From: Narcine bancroftii
Lineage: Eukaryota
Assembly: GCF_036971445.1 (NCBI RefSeq)
Contig: NC_091471.1
Span: 261,144,001-261,208,000, forward strand
DNA length: 64,000 bases
Direction of reading: 5' to 3'
Shown: positions 40,931 to 53,900 of the stretch, in pieces
Layout: every line of letters begins with the position of its first letter
How positions within the stretch are numbered: position 1 is the first letter of the stretch
The notes under the pieces: generated by a model
Told to the model about the DNA's origin: nothing
What the model saw: only the letters and a program-made list of their open reading frames with translations
Database searches by the model: none
Position numbers and translations under genes: made by a program

Positions 40931-41199
40931 AGGTCAAGTAGTACCTGTGGAGAGTCAAACGGAATCAATGTTCCAGGCCAGACTTTTCCCAGAAGGCCAT
41001 TGATCCTGTTCCTCTCTAAATAAAATGTTGCCTAACCCATGGTGATTTCCAATGCTTTCCGTTTTTAAATATTTTTTCTTCTTCTTAGCCAGTTACTCAG
41101 CATTGAGAGAGACTTATTTCCACCCTTGGGTGTTCTGTTTTGCTAAAAAAGTCTTAGTAGGAATCAACTGTAACTCTATAATGAGCTCTGACAATTGGT

Positions 41200-43400
41200 G
41201 ATTAAGGGGGTTCATGGGATACAGTGTTGGTGAGGTGGAAGGGCAGGTGGAACTGGACAGGTCTGATGGGCAGATGATTCAGATTGTAGCTCCTACCTGG
41301 CTGCTCCTTTGTCCAGGCCAAGGATGTCCCTGAAGCAATGAGAAAATCATAATTTTTTTTCCCCAAGGAGAAGAGCTTTTTCTGTCCTTCTGGAAATCTC
41401 TCGAACTGATCGGGAGTCTGTTGTCAGTTACACACCCACATTAATCACAGCCTCAGAGCTGGAGATGTTGTCGTGGGAGAGGATACTGACAATGATCCAT
41501 TTTCTGAGTCGCATTGGTGGTAATTTTGTATTTCTACAAGGTGCCTACAGTAGATTGTCCAGGAGGGTGAGAATCATTGATGATGCCCAATAAGCATGGT
41601 GTCGGATTTGCACTTTTCTTCAAAACAAAGTCTACTCTCACTGAGAGGAGGCTCTGAAGAAATAGGAAGTGATCCACATTGAGTAGGGTTCTGTCATAGA
41701 TCTTGATTGTCAGGGAAGGGTTGTTAAAGGACCTTTGTCTGCCACCTTTTTAATTTAACTTTCATCTTATTATCCATTTCAGTGGAGGTCAGTCTCCAAG
41801 CCGTGCATGCATGTAATTGCCATCTGGTGCTGTAGAATAATGACTGAAGTTGATGTGAGCTTGGAGGCAATGAATAATTTTCTGTCAATGCTGTGGTTTC
41901 GCTTCCACTCCTGTGGGAATATTGTTGGATGAAAGGAGTAGCATCAGAATAAGGAAGATTAAGAAGAAACACAAAACCCTTCATATACATAATATCATTA
42001 CTGCTTTACTTTGGTCTCAATAAAGACTCCTGACCTGAAACGTTGACTGACTATTTCAATGCATCCACCCATAGATGCTGCTTGACTTATTGAAAACCTC
42101 CATCACTGTTTGTTCCATGTCAGGAAGAAGATGGGAGTAATGTCAGAACTTTGCTTGATTCCCATTCTACACTGGGAATGGATCAATAATGGGTGCCTTG
42201 AAGAGGATCCTGTCTTGCATGACATTGTGAAGCTCCAGAGGGCAGAGGACGGTGATAAATTTCAAAAGGACAGCCAAATTTGAGAAGGATCTTCCACAAA
42301 CCCATCTCTAGATGGTGCATTTGAACCAATAAAAGGTGATATTAATACTGCTTCTGACATTTTTGGTTGGTTACCTGAGGGGAGATCATGCCATTGTTCC
42401 TCTTGAGAGATGGATTCCAGATTGTGACTCTACAAAGAGGGGTGACGGATTTTGGGGTATAGTAATTCTGAGGGTCAACTAATGGTCCGGATGTGAATTC
42501 ATTTGACCAACAGTTAGTGTAGCAGTTAGCACGGTGCTGTTACAGAGCCAGCAACTGGGGTTCGAATCTGGCGTAATCTGTAATGAGTTTGTCAGTTCTC
42601 TCTATGTCTACGGGGGGTTTTCTCTGGATGCTCCTGTTTCCTCCCAGCCTTCAAAATGTACAGGGGTTGTAGGTTAATTGGGCTGCACAGGTTCGTGGGC
42701 CAGAAAGGTCTAAATTTAAATCTTCCCCAATTGAGGGACTCAGAACCAGCAGAGTTTACTCTCCCCAAGAAGAAATCCCCAGGCCTCCCTGGATCTTCTC
42801 AGCAAGAGCACAGGAAGGGACCAAAATGACCAACTAGAACCACAACATCAAGGCCACCAGCTGATTTATGACCAGTGCTTGGTCCCTATAAGAAAGCTCT
42901 CAGAGGTATCCTGGCCAGTGCCTTAACAGAGCTGTGACTTTTGCCTCCAGGTCCAGACAGTTTATCAACCAAGCTTCCTCAGAAAGGCTCGGAGTGTTTC
43001 CCAATAGAGGAGGTCCATAGTGCTATAGGCAAATAGTTACATCTCCTTCACCCAGAAAGCCTGCCCGTCACTAACCTGCCAGAAGAATGCAGCATTTTTC
43101 CCAATTGATCCATGTGGAGGATGCAGTCAAAAAGTTTACTGCATCTTGCATATTTTCTGTTGGTCGATTGAATTGCTGACTGTGAAGATCACATTATCAG
43201 GGAAAGCTACGAGGTCGGCCTCCTGTCTGGCTCAAGTGCAGCCAAACTTCACTGAAGAAGGCACAGGAGTTGTTCTACAGAGAGCGACAGATTTGGATAT
43301 CCCTGATTGTCCAGGTCTTCCAAAGCAACGATCGTTCACTTTGACAAGACATTCTCTGGAATCATACACAATTTAGACCTGGGACATAAAACGTATTCCA
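41200..43400 (-). mobile_element. Old, fragmented RTE-like LINE remnants interrupted by a SINE and other repeats
   Basis: Degenerate minus-strand motifs resembling VDHFPYLGS (near 41660) and other RT segments; no open frame. Confidence 0.35.
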
Positions 43401-44265
43401 AGACTAAATATGTGGAGGTACCTTGAAGAAGGGCTCAGGTCTGAAACGTGACATATCTTTGCTTCCTATGTCCGCTGTGAGACCTGCTGAGTTCCTCCAG
43501 CATTTTTGTGTTTTTCAAAGTTCAAATTTATGTTGGAGTACCCACATGACATCACATATGTCCCTGAGATTCTTTATACTACAATCACAGTGGCTGCAGA
43601 ATTTTGTGTTTCACCCCAGGCCCCAAATCAATGCTCAGTTTAGATAGCTTTTGGGTGTATGGGGTGTCTAGGGAGGGGTAGCATCACTGATGGTGGGGGG
43701 GGGGGGAAAGAATGGGCCTCATCCACCTTTGGTCCCCACCTGGCATTCAGCTCTCACCTGTGGCTCCAAGTAGCTGTAGCATTTGCAGCAGCCATGACCT
43801 GGTATACCATCTCGGCAGACGGGCTAAACCAGGTGAGGGTAGCCGACGGGTCTTCGACCCTCGGCGAGGTAGGGGATCTGTCTATCCCAGAGTGTGAAGT
43901 CTGATCCTGGCGGATTGAGCAGAAGAGACCGATTAATGGTTCAATGGTCAAGAAGGCTGTGGAGCACTAAGAGCATGACAAGACACTTCTAGGAGGTCTC
44001 CAACCATAATAGTGGTCCGTGCAGTGGATTAAGGTCTCTTCAGCCGAGAGAGTGGGATCGCCCCTGTGCAACAACTGTTCTACCTGTTCACACACAGGTA
44101 TCTGTTGGCCGATTCATCTCAGTCCAAACCCAACTCGACAAGTCCTGCAGCGATGGGAGAGTGGCGAAGCAACAAGTGGAGATGACCACTGGAAGATGAA
44201 TGTCTTCTTCAAATCGAAGGACTACCACTATAGCTCTCTCAATAGTGTTTGATTGCAAATGTAAC

Positions 44266-44271
44266 TTTATT
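44266..44271 (-). terminator. Candidate polyA signal of the MARVELD2-like gene
   Basis: TTTATT on + (AATAAA on -), about 560 nt after the stop. Confidence 0.5.
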
Positions 44272-44827
44272 TTACAGATTTGTATTATAAAACAAATAAC
44301 ACCAATGAAACTGACATTTCTATAGCACCTTTCACAAACTAATGACATTCCAATACTTCACATCAAATAAAGAATTGTGGAAATGTGGGAAACACAACCA
44401 TGAATAGGGCACACCCACAGACAGAAATGGCATAATAACTGGGAAATTTGTATTTAATGAGGTTGACTGAGAATTAAATAACGGTATGGGACACTGGAGT
44501 GATCCCATTCTTTTCTGGAATCCTCAGTGTCTACCAGTGAGAGGAAGAGCCTCAGTTTAATGTCTACGTTCTCCTTGTAAGTGCGTGAACTTCCTCCAGG
44601 TGCTCCAATTACCTACCTCTTCCCAACAATCTGCTCGTTAGTAGGTTAAGTGGCTACTGGGGTGTAGGCAGTAGTAGGAGAAACAGTGTAGTGTTGATGG
44701 GCATGTGAAGAAGAATCAGTTACTGGGAAATGAGGTTGATGGGATGATATTGAGCCATGTTACTCAGTTGATAGCCCAAATGATTTCTATATTAAAATAG
44801 TAATATAAAATATTAAGTGACAGTCTT

Positions 44828-44944
44828 TCAGTATCTCCCAGAAGAGTCGCATTCTCGATCATACTCTTTAATTCGTTGTTTGACATATGAGAGCTTGTTC
44901 TTCAGGTAGGTGCACCGTTGCTTCTTCTCCACAAATGTTGGGTC
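44828..44944 (-). CDS. MARVELD2: MARVELD2-like last coding exon with stop
   Basis: taacag|GACCCA...TACTGA; DPTFVEKKQRCTYLKNKLSYVKQRIKEYDRECDSSGRY*. Confidence 0.92.
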   Translation of the reverse strand, partial: DPTFVEKKQRCTYLKNKLSYVKQRIKEYDRECDSSGRY

Positions 44945-47900
44945 CTGTTAAATTAAAAGAACTGCAATTAGAAGATGGGGCAATTGTTCCTTAGAATGGA
45001 AGTACTGGTGCAAGAACTGAAATGGATTGGATTTGGGTGGTCCCTCTTTTCGACGGGCCCTGTAGCACCCTCAGGTCTGTTGCAGCAAAGGGAGTCAGGA
45101 GGGGGTGGTACTCTGTCACTTCTGAATCAGGAGTTTGCAAGTTTAAATCCACAAGTCTTACTCCATCTATCCTGCATGTGTTTGCTGACCCACTAACCTG
45201 GGCTATTCAATTGGAATAAACCGCTATGGAAAAGCATCACATGGACTGCAACTATTTAAGAGGGTGACTCGTGATCTCAAGCCAACCGGGGGCTGGACAA
45301 TAAACAATTACTTTGTCAGCAATCCTCATAGTCTAGGAAGCACTAAGTGAAATAATCTCAGGCTACCACTCGCAGTGCAGTGCTGAGTTGTGCTGCACAG
45401 TTGGAGGTGTTACCTCTCCAGAGAAATACTGCTTCTTTGCTGGACTTGAAATGCCTCTGGGCATTGCTTCAAAGAAGAGCAGTGGAGGTCTCCGAGATTC
45501 CCATCTGGGTTAATGAAAATCTTCTGGATGTGTAAGAGAGTTGATATGAGGTGCATATACTGAGCAACACACAGGCCCTTGGTGACTCAAGGTGAGGAAC
45601 TTGGGGAGGTTGTGGGCTGTTGGCGACTTGAGGCGAGGAACTTGAGGCTGCAGGTGGCTGTGGTCAAAGGATTCAAACCAGACGGCGGACTGCCGGAGAC
45701 TGGCTGAAGGATACCAGGTATTGGAACCAGGATGCGAGAGGGTGCCAAGGGTGCTGATCGTGTCAAAGGTTCGGATCTGGAGCTGCTGATGGTTCGGACT
45801 GGACTCTGTGTGGCCTCGGCAGCGCTGGAAGCAAATCGACAGATACTCGGTGACTCTGTGGGGGGGGGGGTCTACCTTTTGCTTCTCGTTCTCTGACTGC
45901 AAGAGCCGCTTCGGGCAATTTCTGCCGATGGCGAATCTGTCCACCTTGCAGCAGGCGATAGCAGGTTCTGTAATATTGCACTGTCTCTATTACATGACGA
46001 TAAAGAAATCTTGAATCTTGTGAACAGCTCAACTAATATAAAAACGCTTCAGGAATGTTTTAAACTTTCATGCCTTTGTACCAGTGGAAAGTGTAATTTA
46101 TCATCAACATTTTCCATCATTGCAGACAATTACAACCGTGCACTCTATCTTTTCTTTTAACCTCTTTGCTTAATTTTTTGAAAACTCTAAATTTCCTGAC
46201 ATCAGTACAAGTGTTCTTGTTCGGTGATATAATTGAATTGAATAGGAGAGCTCCTCCAGTTCCAGTTTAGTTTCCCTTCCCAAACATTCAATGCTCCTGT
46301 TATCATGAGGGATACTCACATTCTTTTTCTCTTTATAATCTTCAAGGATCTTCATGATCCGTCTGTGTTCCTGGAAAGAAGAACAGTAGATCAGAGTGAA
46401 ATGAGTGCAGTACATGCCAGGGTCAGCAAGAGAGAAGAATTCAGCAAACTTCCCGCATTCACAATGTGAAATTTCCAGTTACATGTGCCTGATCATGTAG
46501 TCTTGGAGGTCTTAATGACATCTCTTCATGGTCCAAGGCAGGAATCCTAGGCATTGGGGCTTTATTCCCACAAAGGCACAGTGGGTACAGAATGTCCAGA
46601 CTTTGCTTGTGGTGAACCAGCTGATCTATGCTAGGGCATTACTGGGGTGGCTACAGTGGGTTATTTGATTGTTGAATGGGAACTCAGTCAGGGTTCGTAC
46701 ATTGAGATGCGAGAATACAATGAGAAATATTCCAGATTTTTAAAAAAACCCAAAATATAGACATTAGTATCAAGGCTGAGGTTTGATTTCCCTCCCACAT
46801 TGTTCTCGAGGAGGAAGTAATGGTGTGCCATCTTCCTGAATTGCCACAGTCCATGGTAAGATGCTGCCAGAATGTTTTAGACAGTGAATTCTGGAGCTCT
46901 GTCCCAGGAACAGCAAAGGAATGACACGGCAAGGATGGTGTTTTGGCTTTGGCATTCCAAGGCAGCCTGTGTTCTTTTCCTTCAGTGTAGTGCAGGTCAC
47001 GGGCTTGGCAAGTGCTGTGGGGACAGAGAAGTTTAGTTACGTGGGAGCATTGGATAGGCTGGGAGGAAACTTTGGCCAAATTAAAATCAGTTATGAAAGA
47101 GTTGAACAGAGAGATCAGAAACAACTTACTTTAATGGAAAGGTTAATATTCAGCAGGGGAGAAGTATTAGAGGGGAGATCAAGAGAAATGCTTCACTCAG
47201 AGCCCAGAGATGGTGGGAAGTCTGGTCGGGGGAAGGAAAAGCAGAATTCCCAGCATATTTGGATCTAATTAGATGAGTCCTTGATGGCATGGAGCTGAGA
47301 AGTGGCATTTAGACAGCATGGATTAAATAGTTTCCTGCCGAGTTCTTTAATTCTCTGACTGAACTCAGGTAATCTTTCTGGGAAAAATGTGGATACAGTA
47401 AAACCCCTGGCATCTGGAATTCAAGCAACTGGCACCTCAAGCAACCAACAAAAAAAAGAGGAAAAATTAAAATAAATAAGAATAAAATATTAGGCTAAAA
47501 AAAAACTGCCGAGTCTAAAATTGCAAATGTTCTCTGAACATTTAACATCTAAACCTTTGGTGAAACTGGGAGCAAATAATCAGCCAACGGTGTACATTGG
47601 TCAGAGTTTGATCATAGTTTCTGGCTGAATAAAGTTTGAATAAAGTTGTGTTCGAATAAAATGGTGTCACCCAGGGTGAAGAGCTGGGTGATTCTCTTAA
47701 AGTGTCTCTTTCTCCCTGCTTTATCTGTAAACCTGGAGGTGGGGGGGGTGGGTTAATTATCTATAATGTTTATTGTTTGTCTTTCGGGCGGCTCCATGGA
47801 GGGGGAGGAACCTGCAGATGCAGTTAAATGTTTTCAAAGATTGTGACTGAAAATAAAGTAAAATGCTTTAAGGTTTATATATTCATGCAAGTGAAGTTTG

Positions 47901-50900
47901 TTTAGCGTAAGTACAGTATAGTATTTTTTGTCTTTTGCCTTTCAAACTGTTTATTCTTAGTGCAGGTGTACTAGACATTGTAAGAGTAAGTCTCAAGGAA
48001 TCAGAAAATACACTTATCCGGCAACTACAATCTCCGTAAGTGCCGGATACCAGGGGTTTTACTGTATTATATTGAAGGTTGAACAGAAATGGGGTTGGAT
48101 GGTGATGCCTCCAAGGCTATTAGGCAAAGGTGCCAAAGTCTTACTGGCTCAATGCCATCTCTATCTCAGGTTAGTGCATGCCTCCAATTCTGATGTAGAT
48201 GGGCTTCTGCCTGCACTAACTCTGGGCTTGAAATGAGTGGAACATTCCTCAGATTATCAGTTCCTTATCTGCTTCCAGAAAACAAAACACTGAGAGTTAT
48301 TAGATATCTGTTGCCAACAGTTTGTGCAGAAGAATGATTACTTATTACATTCTCGGTTTCTAAACTGAGGAGGCATTCAAGAATACTGGGGGTGGGGGGT
48401 CACATATGGACCAGAATGAGCATGGATGGCTCCATTTGAGAACCAAGTAATTTCTGTTTTACAAAAATTATTTATTTATCTATTTACCCATCCATCCATC
48501 CATCCATTTATTGATTTTTAAACACAATCCAGTGGTTTGGAGACTCATTTCATATTTCCTGATTAAGAAATAATGATTCCTTGAATTTAGATCCTTGGTT
48601 GCAGTGATGAAATTTGAACCACATCCCTAGACAAATACAACATTAATGCTAGTCCTGTAACATAACCTCAATTCTATTACAGCACTCCTTAAAGTACGTA
48701 CACTAGGTTCTGACTCACACCTTATGCTGGTTGTGAGTAAAGTCAGATTAACATTATTTTGCAGCTACAAATAACATTGGCAACGCCTTGCAGACAATGA
48801 AGACCAGGTCATTAGGTCTGATGTGTGATGTATGTTCTTCTGGAAGGGTAGAGGGCATTGGCACTTCTCAAAGTGCAGCAACTCCCTTAATATTGACACT
48901 GGTGTTCTATTCTAGATAGGGCACAGAAGGTTCCCAAGCAGAGGAGATCCCCCATTAATCTAAGACCAATATTTATCAGAGAAATAAATTGGAGATCAAT
49001 CTACAGAACCACAAGAGTGGCGGAGGATTATGGAGTCTCCCTCCTGCCCCTACCATCAACGTGATCTACAGGGATCATTGTCTGAAGAGGGCGTGTAAAA
49101 TCATTCGGGACCCCTTGCACAGAATCTTTCAGCCACTCTAATGGGGAAGAGATACAGGAGGATCAGAGCCAGCACCTCCAGGTTAAGGAACAGCTTCTTC
49201 TCACATGTAGTGAGAATGGTGAACGATCAAAGGAACAGCTCACACTGACCACCTGAGACTCTCATATTCATGAAATAATATTTATTTATTTGTATGTATG
49301 AACACTTGTCTTATTTGTCTGTGCGTGTGTTGTGACTGGTTGTGTGAATGCATGTTTTACACCAAGGACCGGAGAACGGTGTTTCATTGGGTTGTACTTA
49401 TGCAATCCAGGGTGGGAACCTCATCCAGCTCTAGCCTTAGGGGCTGTTGAGGGAGCTGGAGCAGGGCGGAATCTTGGACTGAGCGGTTGGTACTGAAAAG
49501 AGATTGGAAGTGTTCTGACCATCGGTTGAGGATGGAGATCTTGTCGCTGAGGAGGACTTTGCCATCTGAGCTGCGCAGCGGGCTTTGGACTTGGGGTGAG
49601 GGGCCGTACACAGCCTTTAGAGCCTCGTAGAAACCCCTGAAGTCGCCAATGTCCGCGCTGAGCTGTGTTCGTTTGGCGAGGCTAGTCCACCACTCATTTT
49701 GGATCTCCCGGAGTTTGCGCTGAAGATGGCTGCATGCGCGACGGAAGGCTTGTTTTTTCTCTGGACAGGATGGCTTTGTAAGGTGAGCCTGGTGGGCAGC
49801 TCGCTTCTTTGCCAGCAGCTCCTGGATTTCCTGGCTGTTTTCGTCAAACCAGTCCTTGTTTTTCCTGGAGGAGAAGCCCAGTACCTCTTCAGTGGATTGC
49901 AGTATGGTAGTCTTCAACTGATCCCAGAGGGTTTCAGGGGACGGGTCCGTGAGGCGGGTTGCAACGTCGAGCTTTGCTTTGAGGTTTGCCTGGAAGTTTC
50001 CTCTCGCTTCGTCTGACTGCAGTTTTCCAACATTGAACCTCTTTCTGGGGGCTTTATTGTTCCTGGGCTTTGGCTTGAAGTGAAGGTTGAGCTTGCAGCG
50101 AACCAGCCGGTGGTCAGTGTGGCATTCCGCGCTAGGCATGACCCTGGTGTGGAGCACATCTTGTTTGTCACTTTCTCGCACCAGGATGTAGTCCAGGAGG
50201 TGCCAGTGTTTGGATCGGGGATGCATCCAGGTGGTCTTAAGGCTGTCCCTCTGCTGAAAAAGGGTGTTTGTAATGACAAGCCGCTGTTCTGCGCAGAGCT
50301 CCAACAGGAGGCGCCCATTGTCGTTGCACTTGCCGACGCCATGCTTGCCCAGGACAACTGAAAAATGGCAAAGCAGCAGGTATGGATGGAATCCCCCCAG
50401 AAGTCTGGAAGGCCGGCGGCAAAACTCTGCATGCCAAACTGCATGAGTTTTTCAAGCTTTGTTGGGACCAAGGTAAACTGCCTCAGGATCTTCGTGATGC
50501 CACCATCATCACCCTGTACAAAAACAAAGGCGAGAAATCAGACTGCTCAAACTACAGGGGAATCACGTTGCTCTCCATTGCAGGCAAAATCTTCGCTAGG
50601 ATTCTACTAAACAGAATAATACCTAGTGTCGCCGAGAATATTCTCCCAGAATCACAGTGCGGCTTTCGCGCAAACAGAGGAACCACTGACATGGTCTTTG
50701 CCCTCAGACAGCTCCAAGAAAAGTGCAGAGAACAAAACAAAGGACTCTACATCACCTTTGTTGACCTCACCAAAGCCTTCGACACCGTGAGCAGGAAAGG
50801 GCTTTGGCAAATACTAGAGCGCATAGGATGTCCCCCAAAGTTCCTCAACATGATTATCCAACTGCACGAAAACCAACAAGGTCGGGTCAGATACAGCAAT

Positions 50901-53900
50901 GAGCTCTCTGAACCCTTCTCCATTAACAATGGCGTGAAGCAAGGCTGTGTTCTCGCACCAACCCTCTTTTCAATCTTCTTCAGCATGATGCTGAACCAAG
51001 CCATGAAAGACCCCAACAATGAAGACGCTGTTTACATCCGGTACCGCACGGATGGCAGTCTCTTCAATCTGAGGCGCCTGCAAGCTCACACCAAGACACA
51101 AGAGAAACTTGTCCGTGAACTACTCTTTGCAGACGATGCCGCTTTAGTTGCCCATTCAGAGCCAGCTCTTCAGCGCTTGACATGCTGCTTTGCGGAAACT
51201 GCCAAAATGTTTGGCCTGGAAGTCAGCCTGAAGAAAACTGAGGTCCTCCATCAGCCAGCTCCCCACCATGACTACCAGCCCCCCCACATCTCCATCGGGC
51301 ACACAAAACTCAAAACGGTCAACCAGTTTACCTATCTCGGCTGCACCATTTCATCAGATGCAAGGATCGACAATGAGATAGACAACACTCGCCAAGGCAA
51401 ATAGCGCCTTTGGAAGACTACACAAAAGAGTCTGGAAAAACAACCAACTGAAATACCTCACAAAGATAAGCGTATACAGAGCCGTTGTCATACCCACACT
51501 CCTGTTCGGCTCCGAATCATGGGTCCTCTACCGGCACCACCTACGGCTCCTAGAACGCTTCCACCAGCGTTGTCTCCGCTCCATCCTCAACATCCATTGG
51601 AGCGCTCACACCCCTAACGTCGAGGTACTCGAGATGGCAGAGGTCGACAGCATCGAGTCCACGCTGCTGAAGATCCAGCTGCGCTGGATGGGTCACGTCT
51701 CCAGAATGGAGGACCATCGCCTTCCCAAGATCGTATTATATGGCGAGCTCTCCACTGGCCACCGTGACAGAGGTGCACCAAAGAAAAGGTACAAGGACTG
51801 CCTAAAGAAATCTCTTGGTGCCTGCCACATTGACCACCGCCAGTGGGCTGATAACGCCTCAAACCGTGCATCTTGGCGCCTCACAGTTTGGCGGGCAGCA
51901 GCCTCCTTTGAAGAAGACCGCAGAGCCCACCTCACTGACAAAAGGCAAAGGAGGAAAAACCCAACACCCAACCCCAACCCACCAATTTTCCCTTGCAACC
52001 GCTGCAATCGTGTCTGCCTGTCCCGCATCGGACTGGTCAGCCACAAACGAGCCTGCAGCTGACGTGGACTTTTTTACCCCCTCCATAAATCTTCGTCCGC
52101 GAAGCCAAGCCAAAGAAAAAAAAAGACTTATGCAATCAGTTGACAATAAACTTGACTTAATCTCTCAGCCAACATCTTTAAAACTAGAGGAACTGATCAC
52201 ATTAATACTGTGCAATAAAAACTCAGCAGGCCATGCAGCATCTATAGAAAGCAAAGGGTAACAAAACATATTGGGCCTGAGCCTTTCATCATGGTATGAG
52301 CAAAAAGCAGGCAGGTGGATGAATGAAAAGGAGAAGAGGAGAGGAGGGAAGAAGTGGCAGGGGAGAGGCACAGGCTAACAGACAAGGGGACGTAGGTGGA
52401 CATCAGCAAACTTTCTTGTTTTCATCATATTAATACTTCCTGTTTCCAAATTGACTACGATTCCTGCCTAAGAATACCATCGCTATCGGGAGAAGTTGTA
52501 AAACGAGTACCAGGTGCTCCCCTACCAACAATGGTCCAAAGTTACGATGGTTCAAATCCATAACTTTAAATTTCAAATTCTGATCTGTCCCGCGCTTGCG
52601 AGATGCGGTATGCCACCATCCAGCAATTAATTTTAGTTCAATGCTTCAAATATTCTTCATGCCCAGTGTGCTTCAGCTGTGTACATTAATGTTTTTAACC
52701 AATGTGGAATATTCAAAATTGATTTATAAGAAATGGTAGGTGCAGTATTCTTTTACGACTTATGATTTTTTTCAACTTACGATGGGTTTGCCGGAATGTA
52801 ACCCCATTTTAAGTTGAGGAGCACCTGTACTGAAATGGATGATCTGTTAGGATCACATTCAGTGATGGAGCAGGTCTATTACTGCATCAGTTCTCTGTGT
52901 TTGGTGGGTCTTTGCTCACTGCAGCACCTCAAAGGTTAACCTTTAATTTCCAGAAACTAGGGCAAACCTGGAGGGCTGTTAGTCCTGTCCCACAGACAGC
53001 ATTCTGGGCCCAATTTCCACTGACCTCGGAAGTCTCTGTGTAGTGGGGCAGTTTCTCGATCAGAGTCTTCAGCTCCACAAACTTCCTGTTGGCTGCGTGG
53101 ATCGCAGTGTGTAGCTCCCTATATTCAGCATATTGGTCATTGAATACTCCCTTGTAGCGCTCTCTCTCCTCTACACTTTCAATCTTCGGGTATTTTCTGT
53201 GAGAACAAAGGAGGGTTTGCAAAGGGTTGTCATTAATAACTGGACAAATATTAACTGCAAAATCTCTCTGACTTTTCATAGATGTGGTAATTTAGTTACA
53301 TGCATTAACCAGTTAGAAGTGATAGGAGTCACATCAACACAACTTGCATGTATACCTCATTTTTAACATAATGGAATATCAAGCATAGAACAGCACAGCC
53401 CAAAACGTCTGCATCGTCCACAGTGTCATTTTAAACTAATCCCATCTACTGGCACCTGGTCTGTATCCTTCTACTCCCCACCTGCTCCTTTGTCTGTCTA
53501 AATGCTTCTTAAATATTACTATTCATGCCTGCTTCCACCACCTCTCCTGACAGCACATTCCACCCACCCTCTGTGTAAAAATTTGCCTTGTAAACTTTCC
53601 CTTCTTTAAACTTTCCCTCCCTTCGCACTTTCAAACAGGATGTTTCCATCCTGGGAAACAAGACTCTGATTGTCTACCCTATCATTAAAGCCTCTCATAA
53701 ATTTTAAACTTCTATCACCAACCCCTTTTGACTGTCCAGAGAAAATAATTCAAGTTTGTCCCATCTCCCCTTCATTCCCCCATCCAGTCAACATCCCGTG
53801 AACATCATCTGCACCCTCTTCGAAGGCTCCACGCTCTTCCTGTAATATAACGTCCAGAACTATATACAACACTTCAAATAGAGACTAACTAAACTTTTAT

